Assembly: GCA_964019425.1 (NCBI GenBank)
Contig: OZ025795.1
Location: forward strand, 868,001-932,000
Reading direction: 5' to 3'
DNA: 64,000 nucleotides
Source: Flectonema sp. DT1601
Taxonomy: Eukaryota
The notes below the pieces were generated by a model. That model was not told the origin of the DNA, did not search any database, and was given only the letters and a program-made list of their open reading frames with translations. A program made the position numbers and the translations under genes. Of this stretch, positions 44,140-58,222 are shown piece by piece. The first letter of the stretch is position 1; every line of letters begins with the position of its first letter.

Positions 44140-47100
44140 CTATCCGTAGTGGAGACTCATTGATCTAAGTTGAGGCATTCGCAAAACGCACTGCTCGTAG
44201 TCGGTATGACCACCACCATGACGCTGTGACTTCAAGTGGTCCATTAATTCGTTTACGGTTTGTACTAAATGAAGAGGTCCAACAAAGGTATGAGGATCAC
44301 ACATGATGTCTGTGTTTGTTTCAAAACCAGTTTGTCTGGCATAAGTTGCATTAGCAAACCATGTTGATGGATTCAATTTGTAAGGTATGAATCCAAATAT
44401 TGGTATTCGAGCAACCATCGGCCACAAACCTGGTCCTGAGTCCTGTGATGAGAAGAGAGTTCCACGAGGAGATCCAATCACTTCCTCGTCTTCATCATCA
44501 GAAGTGTAGTTGCTGATTACTTCATCAGTTCCCATTTGGGATCTGTCTGGGTCTGTAGGCTGAACTGCCAGTGATGATTTCGCATCCTCACTTTCATTAT
44601 CTTCGACACTCACATTCGCATCATCGTCAGGCTTACCAGTGCACTCAGTTGATTCCTTAAGTGATACTTCCTCTTTGTTCTCCTCCTTTTCTTCTTGTTC
44701 TTGCGTTTCTCCTTCTCCTTCCTCTTTTTCATCTTTGTTAGTTGGCTCAGTCTCAGCAGACTCAGTCACTTCCGTTTTAAGTTCAACAGGAGGACAATCA
44801 TTATTGTTTTCCACCGTCGCTACAATGCTCACTGCAGCAATAATAGCAGCAGCATGCTCTGAAGGAACTGGTTTCTGTTTTAGGTTGAAGTTTTTTTCAT
44901 TGCTGCAGTAATGCCTTATACACACGTTGTGAAAATAAAGAAAAACATACCACAACAGTGGAAGGCGCCATAGCACCATAGGGGTTGTGGATAAACTCTG
45001 CAGCTTCGATGACATTACTGGAAGTCTTAGGATCAGATTTCACAACAGCAGGGGAAGTCTTAGGATCAGATTTCACAACAGCAGGGGAAGTCTTAGGATC
45101 AGATTTCACAACAGGAGAGGATGGTTTCTTACTTGAGGATGAGTCCGGTGACACATTAGGAGGAGGAACCCATTGACCTCGTACCATCTCTCTCAGGTCA
45201 CTGCTCGACATTTTCCTGTTGTTTTTTTTTTTTGTTTGTTTGTTTTTCCACCCCTTAGGTGTCTTTTACTATCATAATTACACACCAGTAGTTTCCTGTT
45301 AACGTCCAAAACCAAGCATCCCTAGCTGGTCTATTTGGTCTTATCAAGTGATAAGTAATAATAGATCCACTTAACTTAGATCTCGACACGCTGAGGCATA
45401 AGATTGGAGACCACGTGATGGCGTACCTATTTTGTTTGTTTTGCAGTCAATACGTCAACAGTCTGAGCTTTATGAGAATAAAACATACCAACTATGATGA
45501 GATAAAGATGTCGATCTTGCCTTCATTAAAAGTTCGTACTCAGGTGATTGTGATAGTTCAGATACTGTTTCCCAAACACCTTTCCATGCATCGGGTGTTT
45601 CAGAGGAAAACCACTGAACTGATGGAGTTTCTGTCCCCACAGAGTCTTCTGAGAAAAGCTGAAATCCACTTAAGTGAGGTGCAAAGTGCAACTCTGAGGC
45701 ATCATCATCAACCTGAATAGGAACCTCAATACCTGACGGACTGTCGTAAAACCTCCACAGATCACGTAACTTAAACGAAGGCTCTTCAAGACCAGCTCTG
45801 TTACGAGGAACAGACAATGACAGAGAAGGTGTAATAGTCGCAAAGAATCGAGTGATATTAGTTTGTAGATAAGCGCAAGCAGCTACAGACATATCTTGAA
45901 TAGTCTCAATAACATCAGTAGTTCTATTTACACTAGTAAGTTGTAAGGCAGGTACCTTTTCGTTCAACTCCATTAACGTCTGTGGTGAGAACATTCCAGG
46001 CAGATGAGGAACGTGTGGCATTGGAGGTCGTCCTGTTTGTTAATATTTAAAAGTGGTCACAAAACAGATCAATTCAACAACACAAATAAGACATACCTGC
46101 ATGATGATGATGATGGTGGTGGTGATGGTGATGATGATGATGCTGGTGTGACTGGTGAGCCAAGTGGTGGTGTGGGAGCGGAGGATGATGATGAGGATGT
46201 AAGTGGTGGTGATGATGATGAGGATGACCAGAATGAGCTAAATGATGAATGTGATGATGAGAATGATGATGGTGATGGTGATGGTGTAGAGCTGTATGCA
46301 TTGCATTCTTCTTCTTGCTATCATTTCCTTTTTCCTTCTGATCTTTCTTACCTCCCATAGAAGCCAACGCTGCAGCGGAACCAACAGCCGTTAAGACTGC
46401 AGCCGCAGTGCCATCATTCACCGAAGTCTGTTGCTGTTGCTGTTGCTGCTGATACTTCCCATTTGAATTACCTCCGCCTGAATTACCCTTCCGACTTCCA
46501 TTACTCGTCGAGTTACCGACGGAGGTAACACTGTTGGTTGGAGTACTCGTGGCTTTCGTAAATGAATTACTCAAACCTCCACCTGGAATCACTTCAGCAT
46601 GGTGCTTATCACTAGACTGAGAGTCAGGAGTTGACCGTTCCTGCTGTGAGTGTTTTGAAGAAAATTGGTCCGACTGACGCTTTTGATTTCCAGAGTTAGA
46701 ATTGTTGGGGGTGTTACTACTACTGGCAGATGATTTCTTATTGAATTTTTCTGCTGGTGTTCCATTGGCAGGACTTCCAACCATGATTGGCATTCCTCCG
46801 TGAGGTACAGACACAGAAATTGGAGGTCTCACAACATGACTTTGAACACCCATTGTGGGAACCACACCAGGTGTTGGGGGAGCCAGAGTTGGGATTTGAT
46901 TCATCTGAGGAATCCCACCCTTCAAGACCTGCTGAGGCATAAGAGGAATATGTAATGGATTCAACCCACCGATAGTATTATGACTCATCGCTGCTTGTGA
47001 TAATTGTTGTTGGAGAATTTGTTGCTGCTGAAACATTAATACTTGCGCTTGAAGTACTAAGAAATCATGTTGCTCTTTTCCAATATTTGGGGAAGCCGCT

Positions 47101-48074
47101 TGAAGTAGTCGGGTTTGTAAATCTTGTTGAGCCTTAAAACTTAAGTCAATCAGATTCTTATCATCTGAAAGGTGCATGTGACTCAAATCTAAAGCATCAT
47201 CATTACCAGTTGGATTTGTTCCGAAAGGAGGAGGAGTTCCTTGTTTGCCAATACTATTCAAGCCAGTAATGCTCATGTTCGTTCTCATATTTCCTAGCTG
47301 CTGCGGATTTTGTAACCCTACTTGATGCGGCATTACAGTAGTCACCGGAGTTGGAGTCTTTATATTTCCAACAGCAGTATTGCTACCAGACGATGTACCT
47401 GAACCAGAAGCACCGTTTGCATTATTTCTATTTTTTGATGATTTTGAGGGACTGCCATGTTTTGGTACCAATGTCGGATGCACCTTCGGACTCCCCACAG
47501 ATATATGCCTTGCTCCTATACTACCTGATCCATTACTTAATGTTGTTGGAGGTACTTGTTTATTCCGCTGTTGAGGAACAGGTTGAGGAGTGTTGTTGTT
47601 ATGTTTGGTAGGTGTTGGTGCAGTAAATTCTCCTTCACCACTGCGAAAGCTCTGCAGTAAGTGACCACCTTGCCAGGTACCTTGTTTGTCAATCACAAGA
47701 GGAGATGAATTTGAGGGAGCACCCGAAGAAGAGTTTTTACCATGGTGATTAGGTTGGGAATGGTATGTTGGAACAACGTGTGTCTTTTCTGTACGCTGTT
47801 GCGGTTTTGAATTTGCTCCAAATGTTGTTGGCTGATAAGAAGAACTTGAGGCTGCCTCATCTCTGGTGTCAGCTGTACCAAAAAGGTCTCTGCTAAACTG
47901 CATCTTCTTACTGGTCCACATCTGACCAGACGGTGCACTTACAGTTGCCAAGTCAATAGGTGTGTATGGAACTTTCTTAGATCCCTGCCATCTTTCCTTC
48001 TTTTGCTTTCCTTCACTCTCCGAAGCCAACTTCCCAACAGAAGGCAGCGAGGCTGCCTCCGTCTCAGGTTCTGC
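44140..48074 (-). CDS. DUF789-like protein with long Q/N/P-rich and poly-His N-terminal region, at least 5 exons; start uncertain
   Basis: GT-AG introns at 46033-46096, 45427-45488, 45216-45285 and 44875-44950 join four ORFs plus a small exon in frame. Motifs FKLRDLWRFY, FAPHLSGFQLF, SWYAITWSPI, SIITYHLI, PIFGFIPYKL. Confidence 0.75.
45020..45113 (-). repeat. 33-bp coding minisatellite (~3 copies of VVKSDPKTSPA)
   Basis: ggaagtcttaggatcagatttcacaacagcagg repeated in tandem. Confidence 0.9.
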
Positions 48075-48526
48075 TGAAGGAAATAACAAATATAAACAAA
48101 CAAAAACACCTAACACAATAGACTATTAACACTTGACTTAATACAGCAACAGATATCCTGACAGGGGATCCCCGCCTCTGAACTGTCACATAATAATTTC
48201 CACTGATAAGACATCACTAGAATTGAGGTAAGAGTAAAGACAAGGCATGATATGATGTGGTAAAACTCTCGTCTGCGTCAATCCAGAGCCAACGAATCAT
48301 TAGTTTTTTTATTTTTTTCTTTTTATATTTTATTACACCGACCCATCCAAATTAGTTATGTCTGTAAACAAATATATAAAAAAAGGAAAAAAGAATCGAC
48401 AAACACCATTTGTTCAAAACGATTTGCCTCTTTTCGTAATGCTACAACAGTGCGACTCAAAAACCCCTGAAAGGTTTTAACATTCAAAGTATAAAACATA
48501 GTCCGAAACCTATAGCGATATGAATC

Positions 48527-49462
48527 TTATACTTTGATGTACTTACTTGGGTTCTTTTGGACTAGTAGTTTAATAGCTCTGATTTGCTCTCGTTCAGACT
48601 CTTGGAGTGCTGCCATTGTGGTGTCGTCAAGACGGAGGAGAGTTCGGATTTCGTCTGCCGACATTTCTAACAACTCTTTCTCCTGTTGGGGGTTTTTATT
48701 TTATGTGTTAGAATTGGGTTAAGATTGCTTTGAGCAAGGGTTACAAAAGACACATACCACTTCACTACCAACATCAGATTTTTGCCTCTTCAAATCACCA
48801 GCACCAACCGATGCGCTTCTTTTGTAGGCAGCTGACTGACTGCGTTCTCGTGTTCTCTGGCGAGTTGTAGATTCTCGTTTCTTTGTTTCTTCAGGTTCAT
48901 AATGTATAACACCCATATAATAAAAGATATGTAGAATGGCCATTGAAAGCTGCGGATTCGATTTGAGAATTTGACGAGCAGTCGTCTCCTGAGTTAGAAC
49001 GAGTTGCTTCATCTGTTCCATTGCTTCATATACTTCTGATAAGGATAATTTCTTTAAAGCTTCTGCAATGGGAGAAGAAGACTCTAAATCCATGTGGGGA
49101 ACCTCCTTCTCTGCGACTATTTGTTGCTGAACCATCTTTTCAGTAGTCGACTGACTGTCATAACCTTTCACTACGAGAAATATTCCATTCACATTTCTCG
49201 CTGGCAAGTTCCGAATAGCTGCTTCCCTACTCGCAGCGTCTTCATATTCACAAAAAGCCTGTCCAATGTGTCTCTGTTTCTCACCCTGTCTACTCTGTTT
49301 TGCACTATAAATAAACTGAAGTTCTTTAACAGGTCCGACTTCTTCAAGAATTGGTCTTAAAGTTATCTCATCCATGTATTCGGGTATATTAGATACAGAG
49401 ACTTTATGAGCAGGGTTACCACGATCCTTGTTCCTGGATCTACGATATGTGTTTTCAGCCAT
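48527..49462 (-). CDS. CSTF2: Cleavage stimulation factor 64 kDa subunit-like (RRM plus hinge), 2 exons
   Basis: RRM (VSVSNIP, GQAFCEYED..AAIRNL) and hinge (IAEALKKLSLSEVYEAMEQMK...ARQILKSNPQL); intron 48683-48757. Confidence 0.75.
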
Positions 49463-49924
49463 TTTATTTATTTATTTGTTTTATGTATTTACCTGATGTG
49501 AAGGATTGATGAGATTAATAAAAACATATCATACACTTAGTGACTAATTAAGGAAAGAAAAAGTCGATGTGTAAATATAACTGTACTTTTAATAATGAGG
49601 AGAAGGAGGGTTTTTCAGGATCTGCTGTCTCTCTCTCTTTCAAAGGGACCGTAACCACAACTACTACTTGTGGATAGCGTATCATTACCTGAATGGTGAG
49701 ATGCTATTTAATTATGAGAGGCGAATCTTTTAGCATCTTGTTTCTGAATTAAATAATTTGAAAGGAACTGTAAAGAGGACTTTTTAACCCTCTTTTTAAA
49801 AGTTCTTCGCATCTTTCCATCACACTGGAGTGTTCGCTATCAGTCTCCGGGAGATATTTAGCCTTAGCAGAGGGAAACCTCAGCATTTTCAAACTAGAAC
49901 ATAGCGTAGCGTCACCCGAATGAA

Positions 49925-52900
49925 TTATTCAGTTGAAATGTTATTTATGATAATATTAACATTACTGGTCTGCTCAAGTTTTTCAGCATCTTCCCTTTTA
50001 ATTGAATTATTTGAAGGAATTATAAAAATGTTATTTATGGAGCGATTGTTGTTGTTTAGGTCTTCCTGAAGACACCGAAGAGAACTATCAGTGAAATTAT
50101 TTTCTGTGAGATCGAGGGTTTTTAACACATCATTTGTAGATAATATTGGGATCACGTATTCGATGAAGTCGGAATCTGAGAATCGACAAGCTTGTAAAAC
50201 GACAGTCAAAAGAGATGTAGAAAATTTTATAGCTGAAAAAATATTCCTAGCGTCGTCAGGGTTGGTCACAGGAGTGTCAGACATTGTAAATTTTTTCAAA
50301 ACAACGGTAGCTCTGATGTATTGAGAAATAGCATTCCAATTTGAAACGCTATTCCTGGACAAGTCTAAGTGTGTAATGTTTGTGTTAGATTCCAAAATCA
50401 ACATCATCCCAGGGAGGGTGTTTTGATCATCTAACATGCCACCAGCAGCCTTTGCCGAAAGATCTAATTTTGTAAGTGTCGGTTCATTTCTGATCATTCT
50501 TATAAATGAATCCTTCAGAGTAAGAAGTTTATTATTAGCGAGGAGCAAGAGATGGATTTCTGTTTGCTTTCTCAATGAGATTTCTTCATTTCCGTTAACA
50601 GTTACAACTCTAACGTCATCGTTTGTTGTTAACATTTTTACTATTTGAGTCGCAGTAGAATTCGAAACGTTGTTGTAATCTAAATTAAGATTATTAATCT
50701 TAAGAGAGTCAGGGGTTTCTGTTGTTGTGTTTTTTTTTTTTTTGTTTGTTTGTTTTCTATTTACTCACAAGACTAAGCGGGAAAGAAAATTCTCATACTA
50801 TTAGAAACGTTTAGGAGACTGACGAGAAGAAACGCTCCATCATCACAGATGAAGTTATGGGATAAATCAAGATGCGTCAAACATTGATATCTCGGTAACG
50901 TCTCCAACACCAACGATGAGATCCCCTTCGATGTTATTTTATTATGAGAGAGGTCTACAGTGTGAACTCCTAAGTTGCTCTTTATATTTTGACTTAATAA
51001 AGTAAGAGATTCATCAGTTGCTTTATCTAACTCTGATTCAATACCTGATATGCTAACTACTGAAGTGTTGCCTCCTTTTTGCCATGATACGATGTAGTTT
51101 TTAAGTGAAGGTGGATGATTATTGCATGCCAGTAGAATGTTTAATTCAGATGTGATGTGATGTGCATCCCACGGATTTGAAGATATGTTTATGTCGTGAG
51201 TTGTAGAACATGTTTCCAGAGCTAATCTGAATATTGCGATTCCCGCATTTGATATTTTATTGTCTTCAAGGTTCAAACTGATAATTCTATTTTGTAATAA
51301 TAGTTCAGCAAGAGCAACAGCTCCTTTATCTGTAATGTAGTTGTGAGATAAATCAATGCTTGTTATCGATGCAAAGTCTTTTTCTGATAATAATTCCAAC
51401 AACACCTCCGCCGTAGCATCTGAATGAGCATCATCACAATCCACTCCCGTTAATGATAAATGTTTGATTTGGTTTAATTGAGAATTCTGCCTCACATTAT
51501 GCAATGCTTTCTTAAGTTGAGGAGGACAACTATTAATTGCTAAGATTGTATTTAATTTTTTTAAATGTCTTTCAGACATTGCAATCGGATTTCCGCTGAG
51601 ATCAATAGATTTCAGGGTACTGCAACCGTCAATTTGAAGTGAATTGCAGAATGTTTCAGCGACAACTGGATTTTTTATTTTATTATTTTGAAGAGAGAGA
51701 GTCTCCAGTCCTTGATTAGATTTCATAGCCGTCGCGATTATAATAGCGATGTCGTCATCGATGTCACAGTTGTCGAGTAATAGTGTTTGTATTGTTAACG
51801 AGGTTTCGAGTAACTTTGAAAATTTTGATAAAATTTCACAAAGTTTTTGTTTTTCTTGATCTAAGAACCTAAATCCCGACAAATTCACCAACCTAACCTG
51901 CGTATTACCCGGCAACGCTGACACCACTATCTCCACGCACTTCGCATCAATCACAACACCTTTTTTCATGAAATCTATTTCTGAAACTGATGCTTCATTC
52001 GTCTGAATTGCTGGAAGCTGTTTCTTTAAATAAATGTTATCATTAATTAGAGCGAATGACACTTCTTTTAAAAGCTCTGGTGTGGCTCCCGGATTCCCTT
52101 CCAAATTCATGACCAACACCGAAATATTTTCGGCTAAGGAATCGATAAGTGAAGCAATTCCTCTACCGTTTATTTTATTGTATGACAGGTTTAGTGTTTG
52201 TAATGTAGAATTTATTTTAAGACTTGATGAAATTAGTCTGCATCCATGCATTGTGATAGAGTTATGAGATAAGTTGATATTAAGAAGAGAAAGTGGTTCA
52301 GATGAAATACATTGAGAGAATACAGCAGCGGACTCATCATCAATAATACTACCATGACTTAGGTTTATTGTTGTTATGTTTGAAATTCTCATGATGTCGA
52401 TAGCTATCAGCCTTGCTATGTAAAAATCACACCCTGATTCACATATATTATGCTCCTTGGCTATTTCTATTGGCTCAGTGTCGCTTTCGGCTATAGCTTT
52501 TCCACTGTTCCACATGTTTCCTCCACTTTTTTGAATTTCTTTTTTGTTTTTCCTTATCAATCTAATTTGTTGTTTCAATGCAGAATGTTTATTCAACGAA
52601 TTAGCTGTTAAAAGGCTCATCTTGTCATCACCTTTTAACTCTGACATTACGACGGTTGGGTAGGAGTCGATTAAAGACATAGTGTGTAAGATTACAGAGA
52701 GTCCATCACTGCCAAACTCATTGTCTGATAGCTGCAATGTTAAAACATCAGAAAGGCGAATCCCTTGAAGAAATCCAGCAAGATTTTCAATCCCATTGAA
52801 AAAACAGTTTGAAATATTCAGAATTTCAATTGGTTTATTTATTTTTTTAACACATTCTAATATAATAGGCAACGATGCATTAGTTATGAATGAGCTGCTT

Positions 52901-55131
52901 AGATTGATTTCCGAAATAAAACCAACTTCCCCATGTTTAGAAACACAACAATCCAACGCACGTGATAAGTAACTTAAATATTGATTTGTTAGAGTATTAT
53001 AAACTATTTTACAGATAGAATTATTTTCAATCTCTGATAATAATAATTTTAGATCATCTGGTGACTTGTTGAAGTCTAGATGACTATTCACAACATCAAT
53101 AAGTTCTGAACAACAGTTGGAGTTATTTGAGATGTCAATATTTACAAGGTCACGTCTTTTTCCCAAAATGTCAATAATTTTTTTAACAGTGACATCCGTA
53201 ATGTCAATATTGGAAGCTATAAGTTCAGATATATGAGGGACTGTTTCTATCATGGATAGCACAGGATCGATTCCCTCATCTTGAACTGGAATTCCACTGA
53301 TATCAATACCTGTTATAGCATCCATCTCTGAGAGGATACCACATAGTAATTCCATCGCCTTCGAAGATTCTGCAGAAGAGAATATAGTTGAGGGGTCGTG
53401 ACTCCATTCAGTCCATCTCACGGATTGTAAACTAAACCGTAAAATCCCACTGTGAAGACCTGATTCCCATGAATCTGTTGCAACAGATGCGAATGGAGGT
53501 GGATAAGAGTGAAGTCCACATAAAATATCGATCCGATCTTGAATTAGTTCCGGAATAGGACATCCTTGAGTTGAAAACCTTAACAATCTCTTAATCCGTT
53601 TACAACATTCATACAAAGACTGTCCACAATCATTAAGATAATTATCTCTAACATCAATTGAAGTAATGCTATGGTGACTTTCAATGATTTCTATAATGCA
53701 ATTACCAGGATGGGTACCATGCTCACACTCATGAGCATTACTTGGACTCCACTTCAGATTCCGCAATCCAAGATGAGTTAATGAAGCAACATTAGGTGAT
53801 GTGTCACTACTAAGATAGTTCTTGATTTGTTTTAGATCTGCGTACGTTAGTTTATTATTGCTCAAGTCAAGTGATGTTACTGTCGTATTTTCTTTTAACG
53901 CCTCTAACAGCAGTAGTAGTGCCGCAGAAGACAACAGTCCAGTGTCTTCTATTACAGAGCAATTCACTGTAGTAATGGTATCACAATTCCTGTGTAAAAG
54001 TGGCATTATTCGTACGAAGTATTCAGGTGCTCTGTCGCTTGCGAGTCTGTTTTTTAAATGATTTATGCTATCTGGATCGACATGGCAGTCAGTGACATCG
54101 AACACGTGTAGTTTTGGATTTACGTACTGAGCTTTAGCAAATGCTTGTCCGCAATCAAAAAAGTCATTTCCTTTGAGTCTTAGAACCTGAAGAGATTCGT
54201 TACTGCTGACCATTGCTGCAACTAACAGTCCGAATTTCTTTCCTGAAATACCTGCATCACACAGGGATAGTTCAGTGATAGTTGTATTACTGTGAGGAGG
54301 TGTGAGTGTCTTGAAAATAAGACCGAATCCTTCTTCATTTGATCCAGATACCCTACAGTAATCAAAATTGATTATTCTCAACACACGATCAACTAATAAG
54401 TACTCTGTAACAGCTTTAATCCCAAGTGGTGTTAATCTCGCATGATGAAGACAGAGTTCTACAATTTGTAAATTTAAAGACGATTGCTTTATTGGTTCAT
54501 TAAAATTAAATTTTGAAACTTTATCACCAATCAGAGCAGATATTAACAAAAACAGAGTATCATCATTATAATTAAACGCGTGATGTTCCGTAAGTATAAT
54601 TGAACGTAGGCTTGGATCGGACTTTCTTATCCTTGATAGGATCGATTTTAGTATTAATGGCTGACCATTTTCAATGAGTTTCCAGTACAAATCAACATTA
54701 GTATCGTGGTCTTCAAGACATTTTGTATTATTTATAGTAACTTTTGTTAGACTGTTGTTGTCACTATCAAGAGCGTCAAGCAATGGTTTTATGGTTGTGA
54801 TAGATGTTTTTGAAACTGAAATGTGATCGATGATTTCATTGCGACGAAGAACATTCGCTATCGTTGAAAGACTTTCATCTCCAAAGCTGCTGTGTCCTTG
54901 AAATTCTAATTTCTTTATTCTTTTCGTGTCAGCTGTGTTTTCAGATAACCTACTCGCAACCCATTGAAAACATTCTTTATCAAGTTCTTGAATAATTCCA
55001 TTACCATAGATGTCAGCTTGTCCTCCAAAACCTAAATTTAGTATTCCGTTTTCTGAATTTATAGCGGCCTTGAAATTCATATCAACCACCGAACGCCACC
55101 ATGTTTCTTCACTTTCATTATCCGCCATCAT
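49925..55131 (-). CDS. Very long RNI-like leucine-rich repeat protein (~1708 aa), 2 exons
   Basis: Repeated NxxLxxLxLSxNxIxxxG motifs; intron 50719-50798 joins the two ORFs in frame. Confidence 0.88.
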
Positions 55132-55550
55132 TAGTTATGTTCTTAAGTTACTACTATTCAGCTTTAACTATGACACATTGTGAGAAGGTTTTATTTTTCT
55201 TCCTGGGGGAAAAATAAGAAATTGATTAAATAATTTGCTGGATGATCAACAGCCTCTCATCCAAACATATGGAACCAACTTAGTTGCCCTGGAAAGGGTC
55301 AAGCAAGTACAAAATAAATAAACTGAAATAAATACGAAAGGAGAAGGAAAAAAAAAAAGAAAAAGAAATGGCGTAATATAACATAGTAAAAACCAAGCTT
55401 GTAGAAAAGCGCCAGTGGCGGTAGCAGACGCAAGAGAGGAAACAACTGAAGGGAGAATCGCCTTCCTCCTTTATTTTTAGTGACTGGCTCAAACGCAGGA
55501 GTCCCAAGTCATGTAAGGAAGGGGTATCAAGATATCTATGTGTGTGTGTG

Positions 55551-55932
55551 TTACTTCGCTTTAGAACTGCCTTTCTGCTTCCGCCGACATTTCTCATCAT
55601 AAAAACCTGCATCATGGTGCCATGCCTCGACAATATTCGTTCTTGATTCTTCGGTGGTTTTCTTTTTTTTCTTTGGGGATGATCGTTGTTTTTGTGGTGT
55701 CGTAACACCAAGATCACCAGTATCAGTTGTTAACGGAGTAGAGATGGCTTCCCATGATAAAGAACCGTAATCAGCGAATTGCGGGTTCGAGTCCGAGTCC
55801 AGTATGATTTCTGATTGCGTTTGTTACAATACTATACTCCTGATTTATTCATCCTACAGTAATAGACACAAACATACCATGAGGATCTCTTCTCGGTGGT
55901 ACCCGAGTTGACTGTAACGGCGGCAACGTCAT
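55551..55932 (-). CDS. Small two-exon hypothetical protein (104 aa), not in ORF track
   Basis: ATG 55932; GTATGT...CAG intron 55811-55877 (67 nt) gives an open frame MTLPPLQSTRVPPRRDPHEIILDSDS...KGSSKAK*. Confidence 0.55.
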
Positions 55933-56057
55933 CTCGCCATTTATATATAGGCTGTGTGCTAGTAAAGTAGATGTAATGAATTTAATCAGAGTTACTTAGG
56001 AAAAAAAACTTCCGGGGTGTTCGCCTTAAAGCGTCACCCTTCTGTAGTACTATATTA

Positions 56058-56561
56058 CTAAGCACCAATTAACTCATAGGCATCGATAGAAGTTTGACCT
56101 CCTTGTTGAGTATAAAATAATAATTTCATTTCATTAAATAAATGAATGAACTCATCCGTTGGAAGGGATAGGTCAGGAGGTTGATGATAAGCTGATCCTG
56201 GATGTGTTTCCCATAATTTGGTATTACGAGTGATACGGATATCGACATAAGGATCCACTATTAAGTCTGAATCACATCTCTCACAATTAAAACTAAGAGG
56301 CATACTCTCTTCTATCAGATCGTTGTCAATATTATTTACAACTGAACACACCGGACAGTTTACTGTACCTCCTTCAGTCATTTCTACCGAACTGTTAGTA
56401 TTTTGTTTTTTAACATCATCTCCGTTACACCACTCCCATGGAACTTCTTTGCTATAACCATTGCAACTGCATCTACCGCTAGGTTTGTTTGGATAGACGT
56501 TCATAAAAACAGTTTTGCAGTTGAGACACCGAACGTCTTTCATAGTTTGTGGGTGATTCAT
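56058..56561 (-). CDS. Small zinc-ribbon-like protein (167 aa)
   Basis: CLNC, CSC, CPVC and CERC Cys pairs. Confidence 0.65.
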   Translation of the reverse strand: MNHPQTMKDVRCLNCKTVFMNVYPNKPSGRCSCNGYSKEVPWEWCNGDDVKKQNTNSSVEMTEGGTVNCPVCSVVNNIDNDLIEESMPLSFNCERCDSDLIVDPYVDIRITRNTKLWETHPGSAYHQPPDLSLPTDEFIHLFNEMKLLFYTQQGGQTSIDAYELIGA

Positions 56562-57391
56562 TTTATTTTTTTAAATGACACCTTTAACCGTGCTGTGAAT
56601 AAAGGGAGAAACAGGTAGTCATAAAACTAATACACAACTCAGTCACATTCGATACTAAAACAGCAATCAGTAGCGTGCGAATGCTTTTGTTAAGAAAATA
56701 AAATGGGGGAAAGAGAGTTATTGTGTGAGTGAGAGGGGGAACGGCGGGAAAAAGAGACTGGTAAATAGAAATCCTATCTACAAGGCAGAAACTGATTCAA
56801 AATCAGCTTTTTCGAGAAGTAGAATTGCGGTGTAAACTCAGAGGAAACAGTCACCAAGACACTAGTAGAACTTAGCTACGATACGATGTATTCAGGCTCT
56901 AGGAAAGACAAGAGAAAAAGTTACTTAACTTTTCAAAAGACAGTACGAGCAAAAACATTCCGTGTTAATTTATCAAAGATATAGGAAGTGTAGATCACGA
57001 TGTAAAAAAAAAAGAAAAAAATGTAAAAAAACAAAAACCACAAAAAAAGAGATGCCCTCATAAGTTACGTACGGATATATAAAAACACAACACTCCTTTT
57101 AAAATAAACGGGTGCGATGAACAGAGCAGTTTTTTTTTTTTTTTTTTCTTGTTTTAAATTTTCTTTTAGCCACACTAAGCAATGATTCTTTAAATTTCTG
57201 GCCAGTCCCTAATTAATTTCAATCAAGTTCAATTCCCTCCGCAGACATATAAAACAAAAATGAAAAATGAAAAGAAACTGACTTCACGCCACATAAAGTA
57301 TTCAAGAGAAAAGAAAAAGAAAAAAAGTGCAAAATGATACGCTTGTGAGCGCAATGCTGGCAAGAAGTTTGCATTGAAAAAAGAAAAAAAG

Positions 57392-57535
57392 GGAATTGGA
57401 ATTATCCTTTTAAACCATACAGAAAATAGTAATATAACACTCGTTGATGTTTTGTTTATGCAAGAAACCCCGTGAACCGACTTAAACTGATAAAGCTAAA
57501 GGAGGTTTACGAAATGCTTGTTAAATGCAAAAAAA
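57392..57535 (+). repeat. Dispersed repeat family, shortest copy C
   Basis: TTATCCTTTTAAACCATACAGAAAATAGTA...GAAACCCCGTGAACCGACTTAAACTGATAAAGCTAAAGGAGGTTTAC. Confidence 0.7.
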
Positions 57536-58222
57536 GAGGGGGAAAAAAGCGGGAAAATCTGATAAGAATAAATTGCATCATACAGAATAAGCAAGTTAAA
57601 GTTTTCATACATTTGCGATGTAGAAAAGAGTTATTTTCTCATCAGAAAATAGTTGTAAAAGAAAAAAAAGGGGGGTTGAAATATGGTAGTTGGTAGCAAC
57701 ATCATAACAGCCGGATTTGTAAAAACTATAAACCTTTTAAAAAAAAAAAGAACGTAGGGAAAAAAAAAATATCGTAGTTTTTTTTTTTTTTTTTCTTTTT
57801 AATTCCCCGCCCCCTAAGGGGGTGGTAAGGTTTTATTTAGTACAAAAGGACTGGAGACAAAAAAAACAGATAGAGGAATTTCCTTAGCATTCCTTTTATA
57901 AAAATAAAAAAAAAAGAAATTATTAATGTCGGAAAAAAAAACACTGCTAGCAATTCTTTTATTAGCTAGAAATTTATCTGAGTAGTCTTTAAAAGTGTAA
58001 GCCAGATACAAGTTGCGATCGTGTGGGTAAAATAACCGACATAAAATAGGTATTTAGTTTTTTTTTCTTTTTTTTTCTGATTCTGTAATCGGTAGTTGAT
58101 TGAGTAACGAAGAGCAGTCAAAAACAAAAAAGGGCGGCTATTTAAGGCCGCATGAGCTTTATGATATTTTGACTCAATTCAAAAAAAAGAAAAAAAAAAT
58201 GTTCTACCATTGAAAAAAGCCT

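Noticed and set aside
49749..49886. 45-aa minus-strand ORF (MLRFPSAKAKYLPETDSEH...)
   Set aside because: Too short, with no motif or other support.
55720..55805. tRNA or SINE suggested by GGTTCGAGTCC
   Set aside because: No cloverleaf; it is the antisense of coding sequence (DSDSN) in the two-exon gene.
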